The translations under genes and the position numbers were made by a program. DNA of 64,000 nucleotides. Source: a virus. Below, in pieces: positions 27,572 through 36,352 of this stretch. Numbering within the stretch: position 1 is the stretch's first letter; each line of letters starts with the position of its first letter. The notes below the pieces were generated by a model. The model worked only from the letters and a program-made list of their open reading frames with translations, ran no database searches and was not told the DNA's origin. Location of the stretch: positions 686 through 64,685 of the IMG/VR virus record IMGVR_UViG_3300031949_000030. One strand, 5' to 3'.

Positions 27572-28125
27572 TTGTTACATGCTATTAATAACATTGTGAA
27601 TTCCCTGCGAGGTCTGATAGTATAGATAGATACTCTGTTTCTAAGTAACCACTTTATCTCTCTGTGTCGTCCCTTACCTCTATAGATAATTTTTATGTCT
27701 CTGTCTGTAAAGTTCACAAGTGATCTGGGAGACTCCTGATATCGGAGCCTGCAGTAATCTATAGTATCCTTAAACTCTCTGACTCTAAAAAGTTTGGAGG
27801 CAGTACACCTATCAACATTTAGCCGCCAGGCAGAATATAGATCCCTGATCAATATTAAATGCAAGATTATGAGTAAAGGTTCTCTGCTTTCCAGATGTGT
27901 GAGACTTTTTATCAGATGTAACATATCATGCCTACTCACAGTACCTATAAGAGTATGTGCAGTAGTGTTCTTACCTCTACCAAGTAATATGGTGAGAAAA
28001 GGTACTCTCAGACCCGCGTCTGCAAGTGCTTCTACCAGATCCTTTTTGTAAGTCACAGTCTTCCACCCGGAGCTCTTAGTCTTCGGGCTGAGATTCTTCT
28101 TGTGGCTGTACTTATGAATAATCAT
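27568..28125 (-). CDS. Hypothetical protein (185 aa), basic
   Basis: ORF. Confidence 0.35.
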   Translation of the reverse strand: MIIHKYSHKKNLSPKTKSSGWKTVTYKKDLVEALADAGLRVPFLTILLGRGKNTTAHTLIGTVSRHDMLHLIKSLTHLESREPLLIILHLILIRDLYSAWRLNVDRCTASKLFRVREFKDTIDYCRLRYQESPRSLVNFTDRDIKIIYRGKGRHREIKWLLRNRVSIYTIRPRREFTMLLIACNK

Positions 28126-28536
28126 GGTCGTAGTATAAATAGTTTATCAGAGGCTCTTGTGTAGGCCGTATACTTGATTCGGTTACGCTCCACTATCCTC
28201 TTATTGTAGTCAAGGTCTTCCTCAAGGAGAAAGACGTTCTTGTAAGTCGAACCTTGCGGTTCTTCCTCTACCTTTTAGTAGAGGCCGGACTATATCTTAT
28301 GTCGTATCTACTCATAGTCAGCAGAGTGATACACAACATCTAACTGTTTCGAGCAATGATTATGCTCTACTCCCTTACGGGATAGTCTCTGAACCTTCAT
28401 CCTGTATTCAGGATGCTTGGCTGCGGATTGTCCAATCTCTATCTCTTTTACTAGGCTACAGTCATTACTGCTGTAGAGAGTGTGTAGAGCTCTAAGGATG
28501 TCCCCGTCAATTAAGTTAGTTTTACAAGACCCAAAG

Positions 28537-29892
28537 TTAAGCCTTGTGCACAGTAATAGCATAGTTATATTTCACCTGTGCAAACTCCCTCATGAAGTTG
28601 AAGTAGTTAATCCAGGATCCATTAGCTCCCGCACTCGCAATGGCTTTAGCCTTCAGTATTGAGAGTTCTGCTACATAGAGCCCGTGACTATCTTTATGCA
28701 GCACCCTAATAGTATCCTCCACATTAGTACCCTCACAGGTATTACACCTGATTCGGCACTCGTACGTCTTAAAGATCTTAGTTATCCCGAGTCTGTAGGG
28801 AGTGTGACTTCCTACTCTTACATCCAGGACTTCAAATTCATCAGAGGTATTAAACTTCACTCTCTGCTTAGCTCCATCATCAAGGATAGGTTTATCAGTT
28901 ATGAGCCAGTCTCCCTTAACTAACTCAGGCGTGTCTTTACCAAAGCGTATCTCCCGGATGATAGAATTCATAGAGCCTACCGTCTTATTACGCCAGGCAA
29001 GTACCTTTGCATAATTAGGATCTCTCTCAAACTGCCAGCAGTCAAAGTAGTCCTTGAGTAGTCCTCTGAGCCGGTCTCTCTCTGACTGATGTTTACTGTC
29101 AAGCCAGAATACACCGTTACCCTTAGAGTCAACCTCTATAGGTAAAAGCTTGGTTACAGGTTGTTCTGCACCCAGGTAAGTACGAATGGTAGTAGACAAT
29201 CTCACTATGGGATTATCCTGCTCCTGTCTCATTATCTGTGTGAGCTTCTCACGTACAAAGTAATATCCATCCTGGGATACCCCCGTGTCCTTCTTAAGAG
29301 GTATACAGTCCATCCTGTTCACAGGAGGTATCTGGCACCGGTCTCCCAGGAAGATGATATGTATACTGTCAGCATACTTGATCAGTTCTTTAAATAAGGA
29401 GTCATCCAGCATACTAACCTCATCCACGATAAGGACCCTGAAGTTATTGATCACACATCTATCAGCTTTCTTCTGCACGAAGAGTTGTTCACCCTTATCT
29501 GTGATTTCCTCGGTGAGTCCCAGGAGCTTATGTATAGTCATGAAAGCTACGCTATTCATGGACTCATCGAGCCTGCTGGCCCTATACAGAACATTCACTG
29601 CCTTATTGGTAGGAGCGGTCATAGCTATCTGCCAGCGTTTGTGAGTCCGGGTAATAAAGTTTACCAGCTTACTTATGAGAAAGGTTTTTCCCGTGCCTGC
29701 GTATCCCTCTATGACAATACTGGTATTTTTTACGGCATATCTCTGCTCTTGGGGAGAGATATACTTCTTTAGACGACTATAGATGGCAGCTTGCTCCTGA
29801 TTCATCCCATTAGATATGAGTAGCTCACTCTCCCTGATCATCTTCAGCATAGGATCTATAGATCTCTTCTTCATTACCACTGTATTTTGCAT
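28537..29892 (-). CDS. SF1B helicase, Dda/RecD/Pif1-like; C-terminus possibly truncated
   Basis: Walker A 'GYAGTGKTFLI'. Motif Ia 'MTAPTNKAV'. Walker B 'LIVDEVSMLD'. The ORF stops right after 'ITVHKA', where motif VI 'TVHKxQG' is expected. Confidence 0.6.
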   Translation of the reverse strand: MQNTVVMKKRSIDPMLKMIRESELLISNGMNQEQAAIYSRLKKYISPQEQRYAVKNTSIVIEGYAGTGKTFLISKLVNFITRTHKRWQIAMTAPTNKAVNVLYRASRLDESMNSVAFMTIHKLLGLTEEITDKGEQLFVQKKADRCVINNFRVLIVDEVSMLDDSLFKELIKYADSIHIIFLGDRCQIPPVNRMDCIPLKKDTGVSQDGYYFVREKLTQIMRQEQDNPIVRLSTTIRTYLGAEQPVTKLLPIEVDSKGNGVFWLDSKHQSERDRLRGLLKDYFDCWQFERDPNYAKVLAWRNKTVGSMNSIIREIRFGKDTPELVKGDWLITDKPILDDGAKQRVKFNTSDEFEVLDVRVGSHTPYRLGITKIFKTYECRIRCNTCEGTNVEDTIRVLHKDSHGLYVAELSILKAKAIASAGANGSWINYFNFMREFAQVKYNYAITVHKA

Positions 29893-30581
29893 CCGTTATA
29901 CTTGTATAGTACGTTATTCACCTTATTCCAGATATCTTCACACTCCCAACGTTCTGCATTTATATAGGCAGCACTGGCGGGGTGACTCACCATGAACTTA
30001 TGGTTGTTCTCAGCTACTGCCTTAGACCACTCCTGAGCTTTCTTACCGAAGTAGACATAGATCATCCCGGAGTTGTTCCAGTTAAGTACATCAAAGAGGT
30101 AAGAGAGAAATGGTCTCCAGAGCATGTAATGCTGTCCCACCTTACCCACTGTGGTAGTGAGAGCCGTATTGATTAGAAGAACCCCCTGCTCAGCCCATCG
30201 GGCGAGATCCGGGAACCATACATATCCATCTGGATATACAGTCTCCTCCAGAGACTTGAATATATACCTGAGAGAAGCTTCCACCTTCATGGTATTACCA
30301 CAAGAGAAGGCTAGTCCGTCCGCTACTTCAGGTTGCCAGTAAGCATCTTGCCCAAGCATAACTACCTTCAGTTCTTTGTAAGGACACACCTCAAATGCCC
30401 GGAGCATAGTCCTCACAGGAGGGGTGAATCTCTTACCTTCCATCTTCTCTTTATGCAGTTGAACAAGGATCTTCTCCATGTCGCTGCTCAGTAGAAAGCC
30501 CTTAAGCTTATCCGCCCATCCCGAGGGTTTAAGTCTCTCATATAACTTTTGCTGTATATCTTCGAAGTTTACACTCTTCAT
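29874..30581 (-). CDS. ung: Uracil-DNA glycosylase (family 1)
   Basis: 'VVMLGQDAYWQP' (GQDPYH motif). 'VLLINTALTT' (LLLNtvLTV). 'VSHPASAAY' (HPSPLS). Confidence 0.8.
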   Translation of the reverse strand: MKSVNFEDIQQKLYERLKPSGWADKLKGFLLSSDMEKILVQLHKEKMEGKRFTPPVRTMLRAFEVCPYKELKVVMLGQDAYWQPEVADGLAFSCGNTMKVEASLRYIFKSLEETVYPDGYVWFPDLARWAEQGVLLINTALTTTVGKVGQHYMLWRPFLSYLFDVLNWNNSGMIYVYFGKKAQEWSKAVAENNHKFMVSHPASAAYINAERWECEDIWNKVNNVLYKYNGCKIQW

Positions 30582-30609
30582 GTTTAAACTAGTTTAGTAT
30601 CTTTGTATC

Positions 30610-30897
30610 ATGCAAGCTGAAGCTATCCCTTTAGACTCCACAGTCTCTATAGAGATTAGTGGTGCCTTCTACGCCCGTCTCCACCAGTTCTTCTACTCCG
30701 TGGCCTCCAGTAAGTCCCCTGAGGAATTCGCCAAGGCTCTCGAGAAGATCAAATCAGGTAAGACAAGCGATGATGCCTGGGCATATCACCTGGAAACACT
30801 TATCAACCTTCTTAAGGAGGTGGAGGATCAGGCTAAGATACAGGGAAAGATCAAGATGATTGATGTTCCTGATCAACCTTCCTCGATGCTCTCTTAG
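30610..30897 (+). CDS. Hypothetical protein (95 aa) on + strand
   Basis: ORF between minus-strand genes. The protein is plausibly helical, but a real gene is not certain. Confidence 0.25.
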   Translation: MQAEAIPLDSTVSIEISGAFYARLHQFFYSVASSKSPEEFAKALEKIKSGKTSDDAWAYHLETLINLLKEVEDQAKIQGKIKMIDVPDQPSSMLS

Positions 30898-31075
30898 TAT
30901 CTAGCCACAAGCTCACTAATAGGATAAGTAGAATTACCAATGCAACTATCATGAGTCTATGATCCCACCTTAAATAAGGAAGCTTCCTGACCCACAGGAT
31001 GTCCCAAGTAACAAAGCTCACCAACAGATAAGAAGTTGCTAGAACCATAAAGTAGATATATAAATATTGTCTCAT
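30851..31075 (-). CDS. Small membrane protein (2 TM)
   Basis: 'YIYFMVLATSYLLVSFV' and 'LMIVALVILLILLVSLWL' are hydrophobic segments. Confidence 0.4.
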   Translation of the reverse strand: MRQYLYIYFMVLATSYLLVSFVTWDILWVRKLPYLRWDHRLMIVALVILLILLVSLWLDTKRASRKVDQEHQSS

Positions 31076-31153
31076 GAGCTGTAGTTTTTAGTTTACTTTG
31101 TTAAGGGTCTCCTTCAGTCTCCCTACCAGAGCCCCGTGTAACTGTTTTATCTT

Positions 31154-31279
31154 TTACCAAGAGGTAAGGTCTGCACCAGTGTATTGGGAAGTATAGGTCA
31201 CCAGGCTGTTGAAGTTGTGGTTGTCGTTGTTCGAGTTCTGAAAGACTAACCTCCGACCAACAGCTAGCGTTAGATGCAT
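31154..31279 (-). pseudogene. Decayed duplicate of the C-terminal 'WYPYF...AVGRxLVF' domain (41-aa remnant ORF)
   Basis: Translates as 'MHLTLAVGRRLVFQNSNNDNHNFNSLVTYTSQYTGADLTSW', compared with the intact paralogs '..LAVGRRLVFRSSDYGDHYFYGLVAY..'. It shares a 26-nt identical run, 'aaagactaacctccgaccaacagcta', with the distal copy at 60144-60169. Confidence 0.5.
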
Positions 31280-31285
31280 AACCTG

Positions 31286-31771
31286 TTACATTAACTTTTC
31301 ATATATACTCGTGAAGGTCTTACCTACAAAGTCTGAAGTAGGCCTATCTTTAAAGGCCACCAGGCCGTTGAAGTAGTGGCCGTCGCCGTGCGAGATCCGA
31401 AAGACCAACCCCCGACCAACAGCGAACTCAAAGTAGGGATACCACTTGTACTGATCTTTATTTTTCCAGTCAACTTTATACTCTCTGTTAACTAGTTTAG
31501 CTATCTGCTCTAACTGTGTCCGGGCTAGTAATCTAACTTTGAGATATACTGGTATAGATCGGAAGTGCTTGAGAGTCAGCTCCTTTTCCCCTAACTCCTC
31601 ACATATATCTTTATAGTCTCTAATTCTGTGCTCCAGTGGCACTTCTAATAATAGCTTACTGGCTTTACCGGGGGGAATATTCAGAGTCTTAGATCTGATT
31701 ATACTAACAGCTAGGTAAACGTTCTCCTTATCAGGAGACTTAATCATCTTTTCAAGTTGGAGATAGTTCAT
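31286..31771 (-). CDS. WYPYF-domain family protein (161 aa), paralog A
   Basis: C-terminal 'KWYPYFEFAVGRGLVFRISHGDGHYFNGLVAFKDRPTSDFVGKTFTSIYEKL' is a paralog of the 60033..60455 product. The N-terminal 'KMIKSPDKENVYLAVSII' matches the small 'SPD-motif' family. Confidence 0.55.
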   Translation of the reverse strand: MNYLQLEKMIKSPDKENVYLAVSIIRSKTLNIPPGKASKLLLEVPLEHRIRDYKDICEELGEKELTLKHFRSIPVYLKVRLLARTQLEQIAKLVNREYKVDWKNKDQYKWYPYFEFAVGRGLVFRISHGDGHYFNGLVAFKDRPTSDFVGKTFTSIYEKLM

Positions 31772-31859
31772 GGGAGATACTTCTTTTTAAGGTTGATACT
31801 GTTGCAGTGCTTGAGCCACTCATTATAGGAAGCTAGGGACTTACGGTTTCTGCTTCTCT

Positions 31860-32222
31860 TCACCACTCAGTCTCCACTTTGCACTCCCATCCATAAGAGT
31901 AGAGATAAGTCTCTATATATTCACAAAGACTTTCACAGTCTCTGGGAGCAGCTTCTTCCACAGTTAAGATAAAAGTACCGTCACCATCGGGAGATTGTCT
32001 AACTTCAGAACATCCCAAATCTCCCCAGTTAACAGGCTCGGTATCGTCCACTCCGAAGTGAGTAAGTCTGCTTTTATCAACTCTTCGTACTGATTCTCCC
32101 TCAACAGGGATATATAGTGCTTTTATAAGACCTTCTGCAAGGCTTTTGATCACTGCTTCTGCAGTGAGTGAACTTTGTGGTACGGCCTTCTTCATAAACT
32201 CGAAATGTTCTCTGCTATTCAT
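31860..32222 (-). CDS. Hypothetical protein (120 aa)
   Basis: ORF. Confidence 0.4.
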   Translation of the reverse strand: MNSREHFEFMKKAVPQSSLTAEAVIKSLAEGLIKALYIPVEGESVRRVDKSRLTHFGVDDTEPVNWGDLGCSEVRQSPDGDGTFILTVEEAAPRDCESLCEYIETYLYSYGWECKVETEW

Positions 32223-32228
32223 AGTAGA

Positions 32229-32642
32229 TTATCTTAGGTTACCCCCGGCTTTATCCCCGAGTTCCATACAGGTTTCTATAGCCAGGGACAGGTCTTCGCT
32301 GGAGCACTTCCCGAAGGAGTACTCTACTAACACGGGCTCCCGGTCTTTCTGATGCTTGACAAATAATAGTCCGGATCTCTTCTTTACTACAAGTTTCATT
32401 TCTTCAAAGGTTGTTCCTGTCATCTTTGCCAGCTCCCGGATGCACTTGTGGAGCTTTGCCAGCTGAGCTAAGTTACCACTGTCATCATGGACATCAATAA
32501 AGAGGTCTATGAGCTGACCTTCCGGAATCAGTTTTATGAGTTCTTTATACTGGAGCTCATCTGCCCGACGTATATGCATGAGTTTATCCCCCTCCTTTTT
32601 CAGGGAGCAGGAGAAGGCGGTATTTATACCCTTCTTCTTCAT
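32229..32642 (-). CDS. Hypothetical protein (137 aa)
   Basis: ORF. Confidence 0.4.
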   Translation of the reverse strand: MKKKGINTAFSCSLKKEGDKLMHIRRADELQYKELIKLIPEGQLIDLFIDVHDDSGNLAQLAKLHKCIRELAKMTGTTFEEMKLVVKKRSGLLFVKHQKDREPVLVEYSFGKCSSEDLSLAIETCMELGDKAGGNLR

Positions 32643-32941
32643 CAGATGTGCTTAGTGAGATCTACTCTCCGGATAATCCAGGTAGTAGGTATCTTCAGAA
32701 TAATACCGTGCATCTCTGCACTATCATCATCCTCGGGTGTATACTTCATAGAGAGGAGGATATACTTCTTGGTCTGCTTAATCAACCAGCCTGTCTGTTT
32801 AATTACCCAACTACTCTTCTCTCCCCATACCAGGGCCTCTTTCTGTGTAGACCAGCTTTCCATTCGGGTTATGGCATCACACCACTCCAGGTATATAAGT
32901 TTGTACTTCTCTTTTTTCTTCTTGACCTTACTTTTGCTCAT
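32642..32941 (-). CDS. Hypothetical protein (99 aa), Lys-rich N-terminus
   Basis: ORF. Confidence 0.4.
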   Translation of the reverse strand: MSKSKVKKKKEKYKLIYLEWCDAITRMESWSTQKEALVWGEKSSWVIKQTGWLIKQTKKYILLSMKYTPEDDDSAEMHGIILKIPTTWIIRRVDLTKHI

Positions 32942-32953
32942 ATTCTTGTTTTA

Positions 32954-33030
32954 GCTCCCCCTGAAGGACTCGAACCTCCGTCTCCTGGCCATTGGCTGCC
33001 AAGCACTCTCACCACTGAGCTAAGAGGAAG
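32954..33030 (-). tRNA. tRNA with atypical (8-10 nt) anticodon loop; identity unresolved
   Basis: Minus-strand sequence CTTCCTC-TT-AGCTCAGTGGTGAGAGT-G-CTTGG-CAGCCAATGG-CCAGG-AGAC-GGAGG-TTCGAGT-CCTTC-AGGGGGAG. The acceptor stem pairs. The D-arm reads AGCTCAGTGGTGAGAGT and the T-arm GGAGG/TTCGAGT/CCTTC. The anticodon stem CTTGG/CCAGG encloses an oversized loop, or a 6-bp stem encloses the 8-nt loop AGCCAATG. No CCA is encoded. Confidence 0.6.
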
Positions 33031-33060
33031 ACCTTAACCGCCATGGTTAAGGCTTTAAAG

Positions 33061-33702
33061 TTATTTGTAATATCCTTCTACCGCATTATAGATACGTCTT
33101 ATACAGAAGGGAGTTACCTTACTGAAGAAACCGGAGAGATTAGGAAGAGCATATAATTTCTGATCCTTTATTACTCTCCACGGGGTTCTCTCTGTAGCTT
33201 TATGCACACTTGCAGAGATCAGATATAAGATATCCTCATCAGAGAGTTTCTTAGGTCTGAACTTGTCTGCTATAGCTGTTGCCAACATTCTGTCATCTCC
33301 CTCACGTGTTTTTGCTAAGAAGTAATCAGCATTCATCCACCCCCATAACTTAGGGTTAGGGGGAGGATAGAGTAATACAGGAGGTATGATATATACACCA
33401 GGCTCCTCTTGGGTTATTCCCTCTACCTGTTGCTGATGACTGTTACCACAAAGTGCCCTAAAACCTACATCTGCTGCTATGTCCCATATAGCAGGCCACC
33501 CATTTACACGAGGCATCTTGTTGTTTCTATCTATGTAGTCCCGATGACCTTGTACCCGGCCATAAATATCACCATTTCCTGAGATAGACCCTCCTGTCAC
33601 TTCCTCCCACCGACCTATAGTTATAAGGTTATATCCATGAAGTTCTGCCAGTGTAAGTAGCTGTATTACTCTCTTAGTCATAGGTTCTTTATTAAGGTTC
33701 AC
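33061..33702 (-). CDS. Hypothetical protein (213 aa)
   Basis: ORF. Confidence 0.4.
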   Translation of the reverse strand: MNLNKEPMTKRVIQLLTLAELHGYNLITIGRWEEVTGGSISGNGDIYGRVQGHRDYIDRNNKMPRVNGWPAIWDIAADVGFRALCGNSHQQQVEGITQEEPGVYIIPPVLLYPPPNPKLWGWMNADYFLAKTREGDDRMLATAIADKFRPKKLSDEDILYLISASVHKATERTPWRVIKDQKLYALPNLSGFFSKVTPFCIRRIYNAVEGYYK

Positions 33703-34294
33703 CGCTCCATATCTTGTAGCGGTTCTTTATGTGCCTGTTATATTCAGTGACTCTCCCGACATTATCTGAGAGCCCGTCATACTGGAGAGCTACCATGGGA
33801 TAGCATACATAACCATGCTGGTTACGCAGCTTCTTCCCACTGATCCACTTGTCCAGGTTAATAGTCGGGGGAGCACTAAGAATATCTCTATAGAAGAGGT
33901 CTCTTACTATGTAACAGTGGAGCCCGCTAAACTCGAGAATCCTCCCGAGATTGTTACTAACACCTGTTAGCTCCATATCATAGACCCCGGCGAGATAGAT
34001 CATCCAGTCTTTCGGGAGATACTTTCTGTGTTCCAGGAATCTCTGCATGGACAGGGGATGTGTAAACATGACGTCGTCCTCCATGATGAGAACTTCCTCA
34101 TACCCATGGTACATGGCCCAATTAACAGCACTCTTATGTGCGCTACAGATATTCTCTACGGGTTTCTTACTCAACTTCACAGCTGGGATAACTGCCACAT
34201 CCATGTGATTAATACCCTGCCCTGCCATCTCCTGGACAAAGAGAGTCTGCCGGTCCTCTCTCTTCTGATCATGTATGACTGCCATATGAATCAT
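33692..34294 (-). CDS. Glycosyltransferase family 25-like protein (weak)
   Basis: The N-terminal 'MAVIHDQKREDRQ...' and 'ICSAHKSAV' pattern resembles GT25 (LPS glycosyltransferase) 'IINL.R..R...' and 'GCxLSH' blocks. The similarity is low. Confidence 0.3.
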   Translation of the reverse strand: MIHMAVIHDQKREDRQTLFVQEMAGQGINHMDVAVIPAVKLSKKPVENICSAHKSAVNWAMYHGYEEVLIMEDDVMFTHPLSMQRFLEHRKYLPKDWMIYLAGVYDMELTGVSNNLGRILEFSGLHCYIVRDLFYRDILSAPPTINLDKWISGKKLRNQHGYVCYPMVALQYDGLSDNVGRVTEYNRHIKNRYKIWSGEP

Positions 34295-34551
34295 ATTCTA
34301 CCTATTTTAGTTAAGAGGTGTAGTAGAAGGTCAGTATCCCTGGTTGCAAGGAACTTGTCGCATCCCATAGTTCTATAAGGAGCATTGTTACTTATCATAG
34401 TACCTACTATGAAGTGAGGAGCATGTATCCTGCTGCACAATATATCCTGATTTCCTATGTTTAGTCCTCGGAAACCTATACAGGCCAGACACTCTTTGTA
34501 AGAGTTGTAATGAACTAGTAGAAGGAGTTCTTTGTGCTTATCTTGGGTCAT
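34291..34551 (-). CDS. Cys4 small-protein family, member 1 (86 aa)
   Basis: 'YKECLACIGFRG', then further Cys/His, then a C-terminal amphipathic helix 'DTDLLLHLLTKI'. Confidence 0.5.
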   Translation of the reverse strand: MTQDKHKELLLLVHYNSYKECLACIGFRGLNIGNQDILCSRIHAPHFIVGTMISNNAPYRTMGCDKFLATRDTDLLLHLLTKIGRI

Positions 34552-34795
34552 AACTCATGTGTTCTAGTAGTTCGAGTATCAGCTCTGTGTCCCGGTGCAT
34601 TTTGAAACTAGGGCATCCTCCTGACCAACTTGTCCTTCTGCCAGATGCAGGGAAACCTGACAGAGCGGCGTTATTACAGAGAACCATCCCTTCTTTGATG
34701 CCCTTACAACATGTGCAAGACTCACACTCACGTAAGCTGTTATGATTTATGAGTTCCAGGAAGTCCTCATGACATAGCACTACTTTATTCTTCAT
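34538..34795 (-). CDS. Cys4 small-protein family, member 2 (85 aa)
   Basis: 'LRECESCTCCKG', then distal Cys, then 'DTELILELLEHM'. Confidence 0.5.
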   Translation of the reverse strand: MKNKVVLCHEDFLELINHNSLRECESCTCCKGIKEGMVLCNNAALSGFPASGRRTSWSGGCPSFKMHRDTELILELLEHMSYDPR

Positions 34796-35072
34796 TCATT
34801 CTCTTGATTAAGTCTTGTACCAGAGATATATCTGCTGTTATCTCAAAGCCGACACCACATCCTACTGAATTCTTATCATGACTCTTCTCAGGATAGAAAC
34901 CGCAGACGCCTATCACTACACAGTGTATCTCTCTCTCTTTCACACCTGTGAAATTCCTGCAACATTTACACTCGAGGAAACCACTGTACTTAACCATTCT
35001 TAGTACATCAAAATGTCTTCTATCAAGTCTACCCCGGAGATGGGATCCTGCATTACTCTTCTTACTTTCCAT
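34785..35072 (-). CDS. Cys4 small-protein family, member 3 (95 aa)
   Basis: 'FLECKCCRNFTG', 'HC', 'GC', then 'DISLVQDLIKRM'. Confidence 0.5.
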   Translation of the reverse strand: MESKKSNAGSHLRGRLDRRHFDVLRMVKYSGFLECKCCRNFTGVKEREIHCVVIGVCGFYPEKSHDKNSVGCGVGFEITADISLVQDLIKRMNEE

Positions 35073-35361
35073 ATCTACCTCCTTCCTTCATCTCTAAGAG
35101 TATAGATAATATACCCCACATCTCTTGGGTCATCCGGAATTGTAAGCATCCTTTGGGAGTAGATGAACCAGAATGGTCCTCCTTAGATCGTGTGCCTACA
35201 TATCCTGCTATCTGGCACCACATTGCATCCTTCTCTACTATACCTGAGAAGTTACGGCAGGATCGGCACTCCTTGAAGCTGTTGTACTTAATTCTCTTAA
35301 GTAACTCATTATGACTCTTCTCGAGTTTAGCCCGTAATGAGATCTTCTCACCAAAATTCAT
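35062..35361 (-). CDS. Cys4 small-protein family, member 4 (99 aa)
   Basis: 'FKECRSCRNFSG', 'WC', 'GC', then 'EMWGILSILLEM'. Confidence 0.5.
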   Translation of the reverse strand: MNFGEKISLRAKLEKSHNELLKRIKYNSFKECRSCRNFSGIVEKDAMWCQIAGYVGTRSKEDHSGSSTPKGCLQFRMTQEMWGILSILLEMKEGGRYGK

Positions 35362-35627
35362 GATATGTGTTTTTTAGATAGAGGAAATTGTTGAAGCAGC
35401 ATGTAGTAGAGCAGAGAGTCGATCATAAGGAAATCGGGGTTACCTACTGATAGACTACAGCTACCAGAGCCTAGTATAAGCTCTACGCTAAGGTTGTAGC
35501 CAGGAGCACAGGATATTGTTCCCAAAACTGCTCCGTGGTAATGTATACACGCCTCACACTCCTTTATGCCATCCAGAGTGCCCTGAGTCTTAGTCTGTAT
35601 CATAGCTCTACCATGTTTGTTCTTCAA
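35358..35627 (-). CDS. Cys4 small-protein family, member 5 (89 aa)
   Basis: 'IKECEACIHYHG', 'SC', 'SC', then 'DFLMIDSLLYYM'. Confidence 0.5.
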   Translation of the reverse strand: MKNKHGRAMIQTKTQGTLDGIKECEACIHYHGAVLGTISCAPGYNLSVELILGSGSCSLSVGNPDFLMIDSLLYYMLLQQFPLSKKHIS

Positions 35628-35832
35628 CTTCAGATAAGAGTATCAGCTCTCCCTGCTCTTGCTTTAGATCAGCTTCATAGTATACCCTCTTGCGGGTCCG
35701 GAGTTTCTCTCTTACGAGATTTACTGCTTCCTCTCCTTTAATCTCGAAGTGGAGACTATGGTCTCTGTTACATATGAGTACCTTCGTGACCCCGTCGGGG
35801 GTATAAGGTGACTGCTGTACTTTAACTATCAT
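35608..35832 (-). CDS. Hypothetical protein (74 aa) embedded in the array; not a family member
   Basis: ORF without the CxxC signature. Confidence 0.35.
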   Translation of the reverse strand: MIVKVQQSPYTPDGVTKVLICNRDHSLHFEIKGEEAVNLVREKLRTRKRVYYEADLKQEQGELILLSEVEEQTW

Positions 35833-36137
35833 AAGTTCCTCCTTTTAGTGAACCATGCTGTACGATTTATGTACTCGGGCCTCATTTCGTAATCTTCCTC
35901 ACTACCACCGAGCATCTCGAGGTATATGGATGCTAACATCTGCTGATCATCATCAGCAGTCATACTTCTGCAATATCCTCTATGGATCGTAGCCATAAAA
36001 GTATCATTATGATATGCACAAGCAAAGAAGCTCCGGTGAAAATGTAATTTCTCCCTGTGTATACACCTCCTGCAACTAGTCTGATAGACTTTATATATAT
36101 CATTATCAAGGGTACGGTCATGCTGGTGATTCTTCAT
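35829..36137 (-). CDS. Cys4 small-protein family, member 6 (102 aa)
   Basis: 'YQTSCRRCIHREK', 'FACAYH', 'YCRS', then 'QQMLASIYLEML'. Confidence 0.5.
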   Translation of the reverse strand: MKNHQHDRTLDNDIYKVYQTSCRRCIHREKLHFHRSFFACAYHNDTFMATIHRGYCRSMTADDDQQMLASIYLEMLGGSEEDYEMRPEYINRTAWFTKRRNL

Positions 36138-36352
36138 AAGGGTTCCCTCATCTTGTTAATTATCCAGTTTACCATCATGAAGTCATCATTATTATAGTGG
36201 TTTGGACAAAAGTCCTCCAGTACGATGGAGGGTCTCGGGTAACCTCCTAGTTTATAACAGTGTATAAACCCTGAGTTTCCGATACCAGTCCCGAACCTAC
36301 AGGTTTTACACCAGTTGTTGTAAAACTCTATGTATTTGTACCTGTTTCTCAT
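36134..36352 (-). CDS. Cys4 small-protein family, member 7 (72 aa)
   Basis: 'YNNWCKTCRFGTG', 'HC', 'FC', then 'DFMMVNWIINKM'. Confidence 0.5.
   Translation of the reverse strand: MRNRYKYIEFYNNWCKTCRFGTGIGNSGFIHCYKLGGYPRPSIVLEDFCPNHYNNDDFMMVNWIINKMREPL

Noticed and set aside
28308-28562. 84-aa ORF downstream of the helicase as the missing helicase C-terminus
   Set aside because: Its frame does not continue the HKxQG motif, and its similarity to SF1B C-terminal blocks is too weak. It is kept only as part of the truncation finding.
35608-35832. Membership of this 74-aa ORF in the Cys4 family
   Set aside because: It has a single Cys and lacks the CxxC signature and the C-terminal helix motif.
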